In this document: piece by piece, positions 10,157-20,329 of the stretch
Layout: each line of letters begins with the position of its first letter
How positions within the stretch are numbered: position 1 is the stretch's first letter
Assembly: GCA_041615815.1 (NCBI GenBank)
Contig: JBFJCP010000013.1
Coordinates: 42,704 to 106,703, forward strand
Origin: Gemmatimonadales bacterium
GTDB lineage: Bacteria > Gemmatimonadota > Gemmatimonadetes > Gemmatimonadales > GWC2-71-9
Length of the DNA: 64,000 nt
Direction of reading: 5' to 3'
Notes under the pieces: generated by a model
Database searches by the model: none
What the model was told of the DNA's origin: nothing
Seen by the model: only the letters and a program-made list of their open reading frames with translations
Made by a program: the position numbers and the translations under genes

Positions 10157-10387
10157 TCACCACTCCTCCCGGGTTCGCTCGGCGTCCGGCGCGCCGAACA
10201 GACACGCCGGATCGCGCCCGCACATCGGCGGATCTATCCAGCCCACACTGACCCGCGTGGGTACGAGCACATATGGGCGGCGGGGCTTGGTTGAGCTCCA
10301 CCACCATGCCGCTGCTGTGGACCGTCCGCCAGGTTCGACTCGGCGTGCCCGGGGCGAAGCAGGTAGAAATGCGATATTCTTCGTTCT

Positions 10388-10783
10388 ATGAACCAACCCC
10401 CCGACGATGCATCTCCCCGAGTCTTCAGCGCGGCCGAGCTCAGCCAGCGTCTTCGCGGGGTCAAGCGCGCGCTCGAAGAGATCGAAAAGGAGCTGGCCGA
10501 TACCGACGGGTGTCCGGAGGGGCTGGACGACTTCAAGGAGGCGCTCGACCACATCCGGCTCAGCGCGTGGGCCATCCTCACGGCATCCGAATCGCATACG
10601 TACGACTACCAAACCGTGCTGGCCCACTTTCGCATGGCGCGGGCAACCGAGGTCTGTCACAACATCATCGCGGATTTGAAGGCGGGAGCCATCGTCCCCA
10701 CGGCCCCCGAATTCGAGGTGTTTCGCACCACGTTGTTGGACACTCTGGCGGCGATGGCCAAGCTCCTGCGCGAATACGAATGA
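10388..10783 (+). CDS. Hypothetical helical protein
   Basis: Host-like codon usage; FKEALDHIRLSAWA helical sequence. Confidence 0.75.
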   Translation: MNQPPDDASPRVFSAAELSQRLRGVKRALEEIEKELADTDGCPEGLDDFKEALDHIRLSAWAILTASESHTYDYQTVLAHFRMARATEVCHNIIADLKAGAIVPTAPEFEVFRTTLLDTLAAMAKLLREYE

Positions 10784-10887
10784 CGGTCGGTGCCCGCCGA
10801 TCGTCCGAGTGTCAGTAACGAACCTTCAAGCGAACTCTGTCGAGTTCTTCATACTCCGTGCTCCACCGTAAGGCTCTGAGGTGGATC

Positions 10888-12822
10888 ATGCGCAAACCAG
10901 CCGGATCGTCCAACCTGTTTTCCCGCCCGCTGCGAGCCCTCCAAGAACTCCCTGGGTGGCGCGCCACCGACGGCGACATCACTCGAGAGGACCTCGAGGA
11001 GCTCATTGAACGCCTCGATGCGGTCCGCACCTATGCCGCCACCGCCGAGGAGCGGTTCGCCGACCAACTGGCCCACACGGCCCCGCAATTCCGTGACAGT
11101 GCTCGGAATCTCCTCCATTACCTCTCGCTCCGGCATTACGATCTGCGGAGCATCCAGGACCGGCTCTCCGCCCTGGGCCTCTCGTCGTTGGGGCGTACGG
11201 AGGCACACACCTTGGCCAGTCTGTACGCCGTGCGGCAGGCGCTCGAACGGGCCGGAGGCATGCACGTAACCCACGAACTCGAGCCAGAGCCCGGGGTCGC
11301 CTTTCACGAGGGTGACGCGCTGCTCGCCACCAACACGGTGGCGCTGCTGGGTGAAGCCCCGCAGGGCCGACGCGTTCGGATCATGGTCACGCTTCCAACG
11401 GAGGCCGCGCGAAACTACGCGCTGGTTCGGGATCTCGTCGCGGCGGGCATGGATTGCGCCCGTATCAACTGCGCGCACGACGATGCCGTGGCATGGCGGG
11501 GCATGGTCGATCACATCGAGCAGGCTCGGGACGAGACCGGCCGCAGCTGCAAGATCTTCATGGATCTCGCGGGTCCCAAGCTGAGGACGGGACCGTTGGA
11601 ACCCGGCCCGCAGGTCCTCAGGTGGCGACCAAAACGTGACGTGCGTGGCCGCGTAGTGGCGCCGGCCCGGATCTGGTTCGGCCCCCCCGGCGTGGCGCCA
11701 CCCGCGGACGTGCGGGCCGACGCAGTCATTCCGGTTCCGCCGGAGTGGATTGCCGGCGTTCGCACGGGCGATACGATTGAATTCCTCGACGCGCGTGATT
11801 CGCACCGCAAGGTGGATGTCGTGGCGAGCGTCAAAGCCGGATTTTGGGGCGAAGCACGAAAGACGGCGTACGTCGAGACCGGGATCGAGCTCAGGCTGAG
11901 CGGGCGCCGCGGCTCGGTGCAGACGGCGCGCGTGGGGGAGCTTCCCAACACCGAAATCCCCATTGTGCTTAGCGAAGGGGAGACCCTCGTGCTGCACACC
12001 GATCCAGCACCCGGCGCCCCCGCCGTCCGTGCGGCGGACGGGACCGTGCTCGCTCCGGCACACGTCGCATGCACCTACCCAGAGATCTTCAAGGAGTTGG
12101 CCCCCGGACACCCGATCGCCTTCGATGATGGCAAGATCCAGGGGGTCGTCCGCTCGGTGACGGATCGCGAGGTGCACGTGGAGATCACGCTGGCCCGACC
12201 CAACGGGAGCCGGCTCCGAGGAGACAAGGGGATCAACTTCCCCGAGGCGACGCTCCGGGGCGTGGGCCTCACGGAGAAGGACTTGGCCGACCTCGATTTT
12301 CTCGTGGACCACGCCGATGGCGTCGGCATGTCGTTCGTGAACGAGCCGGCAGACGTGGAGCGGCTGCAAGACGAGCTTCGGAAGCGGGGCCGCAATCAGC
12401 TCGGCATCATCCTCAAGATCGAGACCCGGAGCGGCTTCCGTCGGCTTCCCTGGCTCCTGCTGGCGGCGATGCGGACGCATCCAGTGGGGGTGATGATCGC
12501 TCGAGGCGATCTCGCCATCGAGTGTGGGTGGGAGCGGCTGGCCGAGGCCCAGGAGGAGATCCTCTGGTTTTGCGAGGCCGCCCACGTCCCCGTGATCTGG
12601 GCTACGCAGGTTCTTGAGAATCTCGCCAAGACGGGCCTGCCATCGCGAGCGGAGATCACCGACGCGGCCATGGCCGAGCGCGCCGAATGCGTGATGCTGA
12701 ACAAGGGACCCTATGTAACCAAGGCCGTCCGCGTACTCGACGATATCCTGCGACGGATGCAGGAGCACCAGGCCAAGAAGACTGCCCGGCTCAGGAATCT
12801 GACTCTCGCGGGAGACGTCTAG
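10888..12822 (+). CDS. pyk: Pyruvate kinase (long, divergent type)
   Basis: GMDCARINCAHD, MDLAGPKLRTG, KGINFP, ILKIET, MIARGDL, WATQVLE, PSRAEITD, CVMLNKG. Confidence 0.9.
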   Translation: MRKPAGSSNLFSRPLRALQELPGWRATDGDITREDLEELIERLDAVRTYAATAEERFADQLAHTAPQFRDSARNLLHYLSLRHYDLRSIQDRLSALGLSSLGRTEAHTLASLYAVRQALERAGGMHVTHELEPEPGVAFHEGDALLATNTVALLGEAPQGRRVRIMVTLPTEAARNYALVRDLVAAGMDCARINCAHDDAVAWRGMVDHIEQARDETGRSCKIFMDLAGPKLRTGPLEPGPQVLRWRPKRDVRGRVVAPARIWFGPPGVAPPADVRADAVIPVPPEWIAGVRTGDTIEFLDARDSHRKVDVVASVKAGFWGEARKTAYVETGIELRLSGRRGSVQTARVGELPNTEIPIVLSEGETLVLHTDPAPGAPAVRAADGTVLAPAHVACTYPEIFKELAPGHPIAFDDGKIQGVVRSVTDREVHVEITLARPNGSRLRGDKGINFPEATLRGVGLTEKDLADLDFLVDHADGVGMSFVNEPADVERLQDELRKRGRNQLGIILKIETRSGFRRLPWLLLAAMRTHPVGVMIARGDLAIECGWERLAEAQEEILWFCEAAHVPVIWATQVLENLAKTGLPSRAEITDAAMAERAECVMLNKGPYVTKAVRVLDDILRRMQEHQAKKTARLRNLTLAGDV

Positions 12823-12827
12823 CGGCT

Positions 12828-13622
12828 TCAGGAGCCTCGCCAGAGCTCGACGTCACCGTTCACCGTGGACACGATGAGCATCGGTCCTCCACTTCCCAGC
12901 ATCCCACGAACGTCCCGGGGTGACATCTCGGTCAGTGCGAAATCCGTGTCGATTGAGCCATTTACCGTGCTGAGACGCACCTCGGCATTGGTGGATCCTG
13001 GTATGGTCACTTTCGCGGCACCGTTCACGGTCGCGAAGATCAGATCCTCCCCCCAATCGCTGAGCCCAATCGTGGAAGTGATCGATCCGTTAACGGTGCT
13101 CCCCTCAGCAAGCCCGCTCGTGGACACCTGAACGTCACCGTTCACCGTCGTCAAATACGCATCACTGTCCACGTCTATGGCGCTCACGGTTCCGTTGACC
13201 GTCCGGCCAACGAAGACGACACCGGCGGGCAGGCTCACGTCGAACGTCACGTTCACGTCGTTGTTCCGGACATTCATCGATCCCTCGTCTCCCGGCAGAC
13301 ATTGGTTGCGGGCCTGCCCGGGGACGTCCGGATACACAGCGCAAATGGTCACCCCGTCGGCATGGGGAACGACCTCGATCGCGACTCCAGCCGGATCGCT
13401 TCGCTGACCGCGCTTCGTAGCGGAGACGGAGACCGCTCCGGCGGTCGTTCCCGTGGCGCGTACGCGACCGTTGACGCCCTTGATCTCGATCCGGTCGCCG
13501 GCGGCGATCTGTCCGGTCCACTCGAACGACTGCTCAGCGGGACCCAGGACATCGTCGTTTTGACAATTGAGCGACAGGGCGGCGCAGAGCGCGGTGGGGA
13601 CAAGGAGGTAGGAAAGTCTCAT
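12828..13622 (-). CDS. DUF4097 family beta-strand-repeat (lipo)protein
   Basis: Signal peptide ending LNC; repeated TVNG motifs. Confidence 0.85.
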   Translation of the reverse strand: MRLSYLLVPTALCAALSLNCQNDDVLGPAEQSFEWTGQIAAGDRIEIKGVNGRVRATGTTAGAVSVSATKRGQRSDPAGVAIEVVPHADGVTICAVYPDVPGQARNQCLPGDEGSMNVRNNDVNVTFDVSLPAGVVFVGRTVNGTVSAIDVDSDAYLTTVNGDVQVSTSGLAEGSTVNGSITSTIGLSDWGEDLIFATVNGAAKVTIPGSTNAEVRLSTVNGSIDTDFALTEMSPRDVRGMLGSGGPMLIVSTVNGDVELWRGS

Positions 13623-13774
13623 GACGACCCCCAGCGGCGATCACTGGCGGGGAGTCGTTCGCATGTAACGGGACGATCCGTGAAACGAGCGTGAGATCGT
13701 GATGAGGCCTTGGGACAGCATTGTGCGGTAGCCTTGCTAACCGGTAGCGACCCAGGGCACATTCGCCCGATCCC

Positions 13775-14905
13775 ATGACTCCGCATGAGCCGCTCCGTAT
13801 CGGCGTGTTGGGCGCCGGCGCGTGGGCCCGCGGCGCGCACCTTCCGGGGTACCGCCGAGATCCGCGTTGCCGGGTCGTGGCCATCGCGGACCCCCAAGTC
13901 GATCTGGCCCGGGACGCCGCCCGGGAGTTCGCCATTCCCCACGTTGCCACCGGCCATCGGGAGTTGCTGCAACGAGACGACATCGATGTGGTCGACGTGT
14001 GCACCCCGAGCCACACTCACCACGACTTGGCTGTCGCGGCGTTGGAGGCAGGGAAGCATGTGCTGTGCGAGAAACCCGTGGCGTACGACTTTCGGGACAC
14101 GCAGCGCGCCAACGCGCTCGCCAGCTCCAAGGGACTGAAAACGAAAGTCGGGTTCACCTTTCGATACAGCCCAGCCATGCAATACATGAAAGCGCTGATC
14201 GATCAGGGCTACGTGGGCACGCCTTTCATTTTCAACGGGTACGAGCAAAACTCGCAGTGGCTCGATCCCGCCGTGCCGCTCCGGCAGGTGGATCACACCG
14301 CCGATCCGTCCGAGATTCAGGTTTCCTCGCTGGAAGGCTACGGTGCGCCGATCATCGACCTCGCCATGTGGTTCATGAATAGCACCTTTGTCGCGGTCGT
14401 CGGCACGATGCGGAACTTCGTGCCGGAACGGATAGTGCGAGCTACCGGACAAATGATGCGGATGAACATCGACGATGGCGACATCTTCCTGGGCGAGTTC
14501 AGCAACGGTGCCTTGGGGTCGATTCAAACAAGCTTCGTGACGGTGGGCAATTACCCTGGGCTCGAGGCCCGGGTGTATGGCAGCGAGGGAGCGCTGATCT
14601 GCCGGCTCGTGGAGGAGTTTGGGGTGTGCGAGACGTTGAAAGGCGCCAAACCGGATGCTGTCGAGTTTCGTGATATCGAGATCCCCCAAGAGTTCTACCC
14701 TCCGGAAGGGAGCCCCCGGGAGTCCTGGCGCACGCTGTTCTATGCGAACCTGATCTCTCACTTCGTGACGGAGATTCTCGAAGACAAAAACGAGAATCAG
14801 GGAACCTTCGAGGCTGGCGCGCAGGTGCAGGAAGTCATCAACGCCGTGGAGCGATCGTTTCGAGAGCGGCGTTGGATCACACTGCCCTTGAGCAATCCAC
14901 CATGA
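13775..14905 (+). CDS. Gfo/Idh/MocA family oxidoreductase
   Basis: GVLGAGAW Rossmann motif; GKHVLCEKP. Confidence 0.92.
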   Translation: MTPHEPLRIGVLGAGAWARGAHLPGYRRDPRCRVVAIADPQVDLARDAAREFAIPHVATGHRELLQRDDIDVVDVCTPSHTHHDLAVAALEAGKHVLCEKPVAYDFRDTQRANALASSKGLKTKVGFTFRYSPAMQYMKALIDQGYVGTPFIFNGYEQNSQWLDPAVPLRQVDHTADPSEIQVSSLEGYGAPIIDLAMWFMNSTFVAVVGTMRNFVPERIVRATGQMMRMNIDDGDIFLGEFSNGALGSIQTSFVTVGNYPGLEARVYGSEGALICRLVEEFGVCETLKGAKPDAVEFRDIEIPQEFYPPEGSPRESWRTLFYANLISHFVTEILEDKNENQGTFEAGAQVQEVINAVERSFRERRWITLPLSNPP

Positions 14906-16617
14906 TCGCGCCGCGGCACCATGTCCAGCCCGCCGTCGCCGTCGCGCTCGACAAGTTCTTCGAGAGCTTTTACCGCCTCCACCCCGTGGATGCCACCTTC
15001 GTAGGCGTGCACGATCACGACACCGAGCTTCCGGACTGGACTCCCAGCGGATTGGCTCGAGCTACCGATGAAATGCGGGCCCTCGAGCGCGAGCTTGCCG
15101 CCTGCGAAGCCTCCGCCGCCCCTGGTGACGATACTATGCCTCGCGTGGACCTGGCCCTGGCTCGCTCGTACCTCCTAATCCAGCTGGCCGAACTCGAGAG
15201 CCCCAACTTTCAGCGCGGCAATCCCGCCTTGTATACCGGCGAAGCGTTGTTCGGGGTACTCGGTCTCATGCTGCGGGACTTCGCGCCGGTTCCAGTCCGT
15301 GTCGCGGCCATTGCCGACCGGCTGCTGCAGGTCCCGACGTTCCTGGCAGGGGGGATGGCGACCATTCACAAACACCCGGTCCCTCGACTCTGGTTTTCGC
15401 GTGCCATCCGCGAGTGCCGCGCCGCGGAGCGGTTGTTGTTGGACGGTTTGCCCATCTGGTGCCAAGGTCAAGCGCTCGACCAAACCCAATGGGAGCATCT
15501 CCACGCCGCTGCCCGCGCGGCGTTGGTGGGATTCGCCACGTTTGGCGAGTGGTTGTCAGATCGGATGCCCGCCCAGCCCGGGGCCGGATCGTGTGGCGCC
15601 GACCTCTTCCAGCTTCTCATGCGCCGCGGGCATTGGGAGGAACGCCGCTTGGAGATTCTCCTGGAACGGGCTCTCCAGGAATTGGATCAGGAATCCGCAC
15701 GGTTTGACGAGTTGGCGCGGCACACGGCCCCTGCAGGATGGCACGGAGTCAAGGCCACCTTGGCCGCGCGCCATCCTCCAGTGGAGCACTACGTGGAGGC
15801 GTTTCACACGCAGTGGAACGCCGCCCGCGCGTTGGTTGAAGAGCAAGGCCTCGTGACGTGGCCCAGCTACCCAATCCGGTACGTACCCATTCCAGGATGG
15901 GCGCGCGCGGTCGCCGCCTCCACCTATTTCCTTCATTATCGTGCCCCAGCCCGCTTCGACCCCGTGGACGTTGTGGAGTATCTCGTGCCACCCGTGGACG
16001 ATGCCAAGGATCGCGCCGATCTGGACCGCCGACTGCAAGCGACCAACGACGCGGTCATCAAGCTGAACCACGTCGTGCATCATGGAGGCCTCGGTCACCA
16101 TGTGCAGAACTACTACGCGTATCGGGCGGCGTCACGAATTGGGCAAGTGGCCGCTGTGGACGGCGCGAGCCGCATCGCAATGTTCTTGGGTGGGACCATG
16201 GCCGAGGGGTGGGCCTGCTATGCCACCGACCTCATGGAAGAGGCGGGGTTCCTCACTCCCCTCGAGCGGGTAGCGCAACAGCATCATCGCGTCAAACAAT
16301 TGACCCGCGCCGTGGTCGACATCTCCATCCATGTGGGAGCGATGACGGAAGCCGATGCCACCCGATTCCATGTGGAGCGCTCAGACATGACCCGGGAGGC
16401 AGCGCGTCTCGAGGTGACCCGCACTACGATGTTCCCCGGAACGGCCATCATGTACTGGCTGGGGACCAACGGCATTCACCGAATCCGTGCGGAGCGCTCG
16501 AGCGCTGCCGGGGGGCGCTTTTCGCTCCGGCATTTTCACGATCAGCTGCTTTCGTTTGGATCACTGCCGGTGCCTGTGATCGGTGAGTTGCTGCGATCGG
16601 AACCGCCGGGAACCTAG
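14902..16617 (+). CDS. DUF885 family protein
   Basis: PVDATFVGVHDHD, HHGGLGHHVQ, AEGWACY, YWLG, FHDQLLSFGSLP; ATGA overlap with the upstream gene. Confidence 0.88.
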   Translation: MIAPRHHVQPAVAVALDKFFESFYRLHPVDATFVGVHDHDTELPDWTPSGLARATDEMRALERELAACEASAAPGDDTMPRVDLALARSYLLIQLAELESPNFQRGNPALYTGEALFGVLGLMLRDFAPVPVRVAAIADRLLQVPTFLAGGMATIHKHPVPRLWFSRAIRECRAAERLLLDGLPIWCQGQALDQTQWEHLHAAARAALVGFATFGEWLSDRMPAQPGAGSCGADLFQLLMRRGHWEERRLEILLERALQELDQESARFDELARHTAPAGWHGVKATLAARHPPVEHYVEAFHTQWNAARALVEEQGLVTWPSYPIRYVPIPGWARAVAASTYFLHYRAPARFDPVDVVEYLVPPVDDAKDRADLDRRLQATNDAVIKLNHVVHHGGLGHHVQNYYAYRAASRIGQVAAVDGASRIAMFLGGTMAEGWACYATDLMEEAGFLTPLERVAQQHHRVKQLTRAVVDISIHVGAMTEADATRFHVERSDMTREAARLEVTRTTMFPGTAIMYWLGTNGIHRIRAERSSAAGGRFSLRHFHDQLLSFGSLPVPVIGELLRSEPPGT

Positions 16618-16704
16618 GTATCGACCTTGGCGTTGCGCAGCGGGGCGCGTATCAATTAGTAGACCCCGATGTCCTCAGCAGACCGTCAGCCAGTCAGGAG
16701 GCCC

Positions 16705-17754
16705 ATGTCGATCCTGCTTCGACTTGCCAGAGGTCCGCGGTGGCTTGCCCTGCTGGCCGTGGGTGCAGCACCGCTGCCGGCCCAGGAAGCGCCGCCCGGC
16801 TCCATCTCCGTCGCATTCGACATCGACCGTGCCTGGGTGCCGGACTCAACGGTGTACCAACCGTTCTTTGTGGCCGACCGAGATATCCGTTCGCTCCGTG
16901 ACGCGGTACGAGAGAAGCTCTTGCACGAGGGCACACGCCTCTTGGTGTTGGAGCACGAGGCGGGCACCCTCGCGCTCGTCGTGGAGCAGATGGCCTACCA
17001 TCACGCGGCGCAGGGCGAAATGGCCGGAGAACCGTGGATGGTCTCGTTCTGACCCCCCTGTAACACGGGAGTCAGTATGACTCCCCTCATCGATGGCGTC
17101 GTCCATCATTTCGAGTGGCGCGGACTGTTCGACGGTGTGTCGATCCTGATGGATCGAGAGACGAGCACCTTGTGGCACCACATCACAGGCGAGGGCATGT
17201 ACGGCCCCCTGGCCGGGACGAAGCTTCCGACGTTCAATCTCTTACATATGACGGTGGAGCAAGCACTCGAGACCTATCCCCACCTGACGGTCGCGATTTC
17301 GGATCGGCAGATCACCGGCGAGCCGAGTGGTTGGTCGCCGTGGCTCGAGAAGATTCCGGTACTGCGGGGTCGGTTGAGAACCACGCTGACCCGGGAGGAT
17401 ACCCGGCGTCCCACTATGGATGTGGGCATCGGGGTATGGACAGAGAACATGAGTCGGTACTACCCCTTGGAACATCTGGCCAGGCAGCATGCGGTGATCC
17501 ACGAGTTCGACGGTCGCCCGGTATTGATCTACTATGCGCCGGGTGGCCGTGCACCCGGAGCGCTGTACGTGCAATCGAGCACGGCCTCGGTGGACGGTGC
17601 AATCATCCGACTCGGCAACGGCGACTATCTGGAAAAGGGGCTGCTGTACAACGCCGCCGGCGAACGGAAGACGATGCAGCGGCCAATGCAGCTCTTTACG
17701 CGCTGGTACGGGTTCGCGTTGACACACCCCGAAACCGAGGTGTACGAGCCGTAA
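16705..17754 (+). CDS. DUF3179 family selenoprotein (Sec at TGA 17050-17052; UxxC)
   Basis: ORFs 16669-17052 and 17077-17754 share a frame; readthrough gives VSF-U-PPCNTG at the DUF3179 CxxC position; DRETSTLWHHITGE motif; signal peptide; hairpin downstream of TGA. Confidence 0.88.
17067..17085 (+). promoter_or_regulatory. Bacterial SECIS-like hairpin
   Basis: GGGAGTCA-GTA-TGACTCCC perfect 8-bp stem starting 14 nt after the TGA, G in the loop. Confidence 0.8.
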
Positions 17755-17801
17755 CGGCGAGCGTATCACCCCCGAGGGTTGGGATCGTGCACGCGGTCGC
17801 T

Positions 17802-19388
17802 ATGCGCTCATTGTTGCTCGTGCTCGTCGTGACGCTCGGGGCGTGCCGCGGCAAGGGTACTCCACCGCCGTCCAACGATCTCCTGATCGTCGGGTACGAT
17901 CGGGAACCCGACGTGCTCAACCGGTTCTCGACACATATCCTCGAGGACATCCACTCCTGTATCGTCGAAGGTCTGACAACCACCGACGAGCACATGAACG
18001 TAGTTCCGGTGTTGGCGCGCGAAGTTCCCACCCCCGAAAATGGCGGCGTGCTGATTCGTCCCGACGGCGGAATGGACGTCACCTGGCGGCTCCGGCCGGG
18101 CGTGCGCTGGCACGACGGTACACCCTTCACTTCCGACGATATTGCGTTCACCGTCCGCGCCATCAACGATCCCGCGTACAATCCCGAGAGCACCGACGGC
18201 TTCGATCGTATAGAGTCCGTCAGCACACCGGATTCCCTGACGGCTGTCGTGCACTACCGCGAGATCTACGCGCCGTATGCGATTCAGTTCTTTCGCGGCG
18301 CGTTGCCCCGGCATGTCCTCGAAGGTCGGGACATCGATCGTGCCACCGACTACAACCGGAACCCACTCGGGACCGGGCCATATCGCGTCGTCGAGTGGAG
18401 GACCGGCGAGTATATCCTCTTGGAGCGAGTCGACGATTACTGGCGGGGGCCCAACCTCCCCAACATCCGGCGCATCATGTTCAAGTTCGTCCCCAACACC
18501 AACACGCGGATCAACCAACTCCGGAGCGGAGAGGTCCATGTGGTAGCGTTGGTACCGTGGGACAAGGTGCGGGAGATCGAAGACCTCGAGCATCTTCGGA
18601 TTCAGCGCATGGTGGGGAACAGCTATGAGCTGATCAATCTCAACCAGCGCGAGTTCCCACCGGTGCGTGACCTCCGGGTGCGCCGCGCGCTGGTGCACGG
18701 TATCGATCGGGAACTGATCGTGAACACGATCTTGGACGGACTCGCGCCCGTCGTGCACGGCCCCATTCAGCCAACCTCATGGGCGTTTACCGACCGTGTG
18801 CGGACCTACGCATACGATCCCGCTACCGCCAAGCGACTGCTCGACGAAGCTGGGTGGCGCGACACCGACGGTGACGGCGTACGCGACCAAGACGGTGAGG
18901 CCTTCGTTTTCACGCTGATTACCCAAGCGGGGTTCGCAGTGCGAGAAAACGTGGCGCAGACGATTCAACGGCAGCTCCGAGACGTCGGTATCGATATGCG
19001 CATCCAACTCATCGACGGCACGGCCATCAGTAGCTACTGGTTCGAGGGCCGGTTCGACGCGATGCTCCACTGGTGGCACATGCCGGCCGATCCGGAGATC
19101 ACGTTGTTCTTTGCGGGAGACCGGACGCCGCCGGCAGGTCGGAACATCAATTATTTCTCAGACGATTCGCTGACGACGTTGCTCTATGCGTCCGATCGCA
19201 CGGTAGATCGGGACGAGCGGCGTCGCCTCCTCGTCGCCGCGCAGCAACGCCTGGCCGAACTGGTGCCGGAGATCCCCTTGTACAACATCACGCGCCTCGA
19301 TGTCGTCCCGCGCAACCTGGCGAGCTTTCGGGGCAACCCCACGAACACGGGCATCTTCTGGAACGTGCACGAGTGGGAACTTCGGTAG
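17802..19388 (+). CDS. Peptide/nickel ABC transporter substrate-binding lipoprotein (family 5)
   Basis: Lipobox LGAC; LRPGVRWHDGTPFTSDD, GTGPY, VRRALVHGIDR. Confidence 0.93.
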   Translation: MRSLLLVLVVTLGACRGKGTPPPSNDLLIVGYDREPDVLNRFSTHILEDIHSCIVEGLTTTDEHMNVVPVLAREVPTPENGGVLIRPDGGMDVTWRLRPGVRWHDGTPFTSDDIAFTVRAINDPAYNPESTDGFDRIESVSTPDSLTAVVHYREIYAPYAIQFFRGALPRHVLEGRDIDRATDYNRNPLGTGPYRVVEWRTGEYILLERVDDYWRGPNLPNIRRIMFKFVPNTNTRINQLRSGEVHVVALVPWDKVREIEDLEHLRIQRMVGNSYELINLNQREFPPVRDLRVRRALVHGIDRELIVNTILDGLAPVVHGPIQPTSWAFTDRVRTYAYDPATAKRLLDEAGWRDTDGDGVRDQDGEAFVFTLITQAGFAVRENVAQTIQRQLRDVGIDMRIQLIDGTAISSYWFEGRFDAMLHWWHMPADPEITLFFAGDRTPPAGRNINYFSDDSLTTLLYASDRTVDRDERRRLLVAAQQRLAELVPEIPLYNITRLDVVPRNLASFRGNPTNTGIFWNVHEWELR

Positions 19389-20329
19389 TGCTGCGCTACG
19401 CGGCACGCCGGATCGCGGTCGCGGTTCCCCTTCTCCTGCTCATCTCGATGCTGGTCTTCGCTCTCACGCGAGCGGCGCCAGGGGGACCTGTCGAGATGTA
19501 TCTCGCGAACCCCAATGTGCGACCGGAGGACATCGAGCGGCTGCGGGTAGCACTTGGCCTCGATCAACCCTTGCTCGAGCAATACCTGGCGTGGCTCCGA
19601 GGGTTCGTGACCGGCCAGTGGGGGTACAGCTTCGTGGACGGCCGGCCGGTCACGACGCGCATCCTCGAGCGGCTCCCCGCCACCTTGGAGCTCATGGTCA
19701 GCTCCCTGGTGGTCGCGCTTGCGGCGGCGTTTCCGCTGGGAATCATCGCGGCGCTGCGGCAGCGGGGCTGGTTCGACCGCGTCAGTACGGTGGCGTCGTT
19801 CGCCGGGATCTCACTCCCGGTCTTTTGGTTTGGTCTGGTGCTGCAGTTGGTGTTTGCCATTGGGCTGGGTTGGTTGCCGTCGTCCGGGCGTTCGGCATTC
19901 GGAGCCGGCGGAGTGGCCGATCGCCTGGAACACCTCCTGCTCCCCGCCACCGTTCTGGCCACGGTGCACGCGGCGGCCTGGTCGCGATTCCTACGCTCCT
20001 CCATGGTGACGGCGCTGCGCGAGCCCTTCGTCACCGCGGCGCGAGCCCGAGGCCTCACAGGCCGCTCCGTGGTGGCACATGCGCTGCGAACTGCCGTGCT
20101 GCCATTGACCACGGTGGTGATGCTGGACGCTGCCATCATGGTATCCGGGGCGGTTGTCACCGAGAGCGTGTTCGCGTGGCCCGGGCTAGGGAGTCTCTTC
20201 ACCGAAGCCCTGGCCCGGCGTGACTATACCGTGCTGATGGCGTTTCTCATGAGCACGGCCACCGCGGTGGTGGTGCTCAATCTGTTGGCAGACGTCGCCT
20301 ATCGGGTCGTCGACCCGCGGGTAACATGA
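19388..20329 (+). CDS. Peptide ABC transporter permease (DppB/OppB-like)
   Basis: GTG overlaps the upstream TAG; GLDQP, ERLPATLEL, TAARARG, ESVFAWPGLG, DPRV. Confidence 0.92.
   Translation: MLRYAARRIAVAVPLLLLISMLVFALTRAAPGGPVEMYLANPNVRPEDIERLRVALGLDQPLLEQYLAWLRGFVTGQWGYSFVDGRPVTTRILERLPATLELMVSSLVVALAAAFPLGIIAALRQRGWFDRVSTVASFAGISLPVFWFGLVLQLVFAIGLGWLPSSGRSAFGAGGVADRLEHLLLPATVLATVHAAAWSRFLRSSMVTALREPFVTAARARGLTGRSVVAHALRTAVLPLTTVVMLDAAIMVSGAVVTESVFAWPGLGSLFTEALARRDYTVLMAFLMSTATAVVVLNLLADVAYRVVDPRVT

Noticed and set aside
10849..12768. 639-aa antisense ORF, and other long shadow ORFs such as 8468-9730, 20475-21794, 53188-54657 and 44147-45292
   Set aside because: They overlap well-supported genes, have no motifs, and are expected in high-GC DNA.
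17115..17801. Long N-terminal extensions in the ORF track (17115, 23986, 3479, 19073, 42942 and others)
   Set aside because: They overlap other genes; downstream starts give proper RBS or signal peptides, so these are not fusions.
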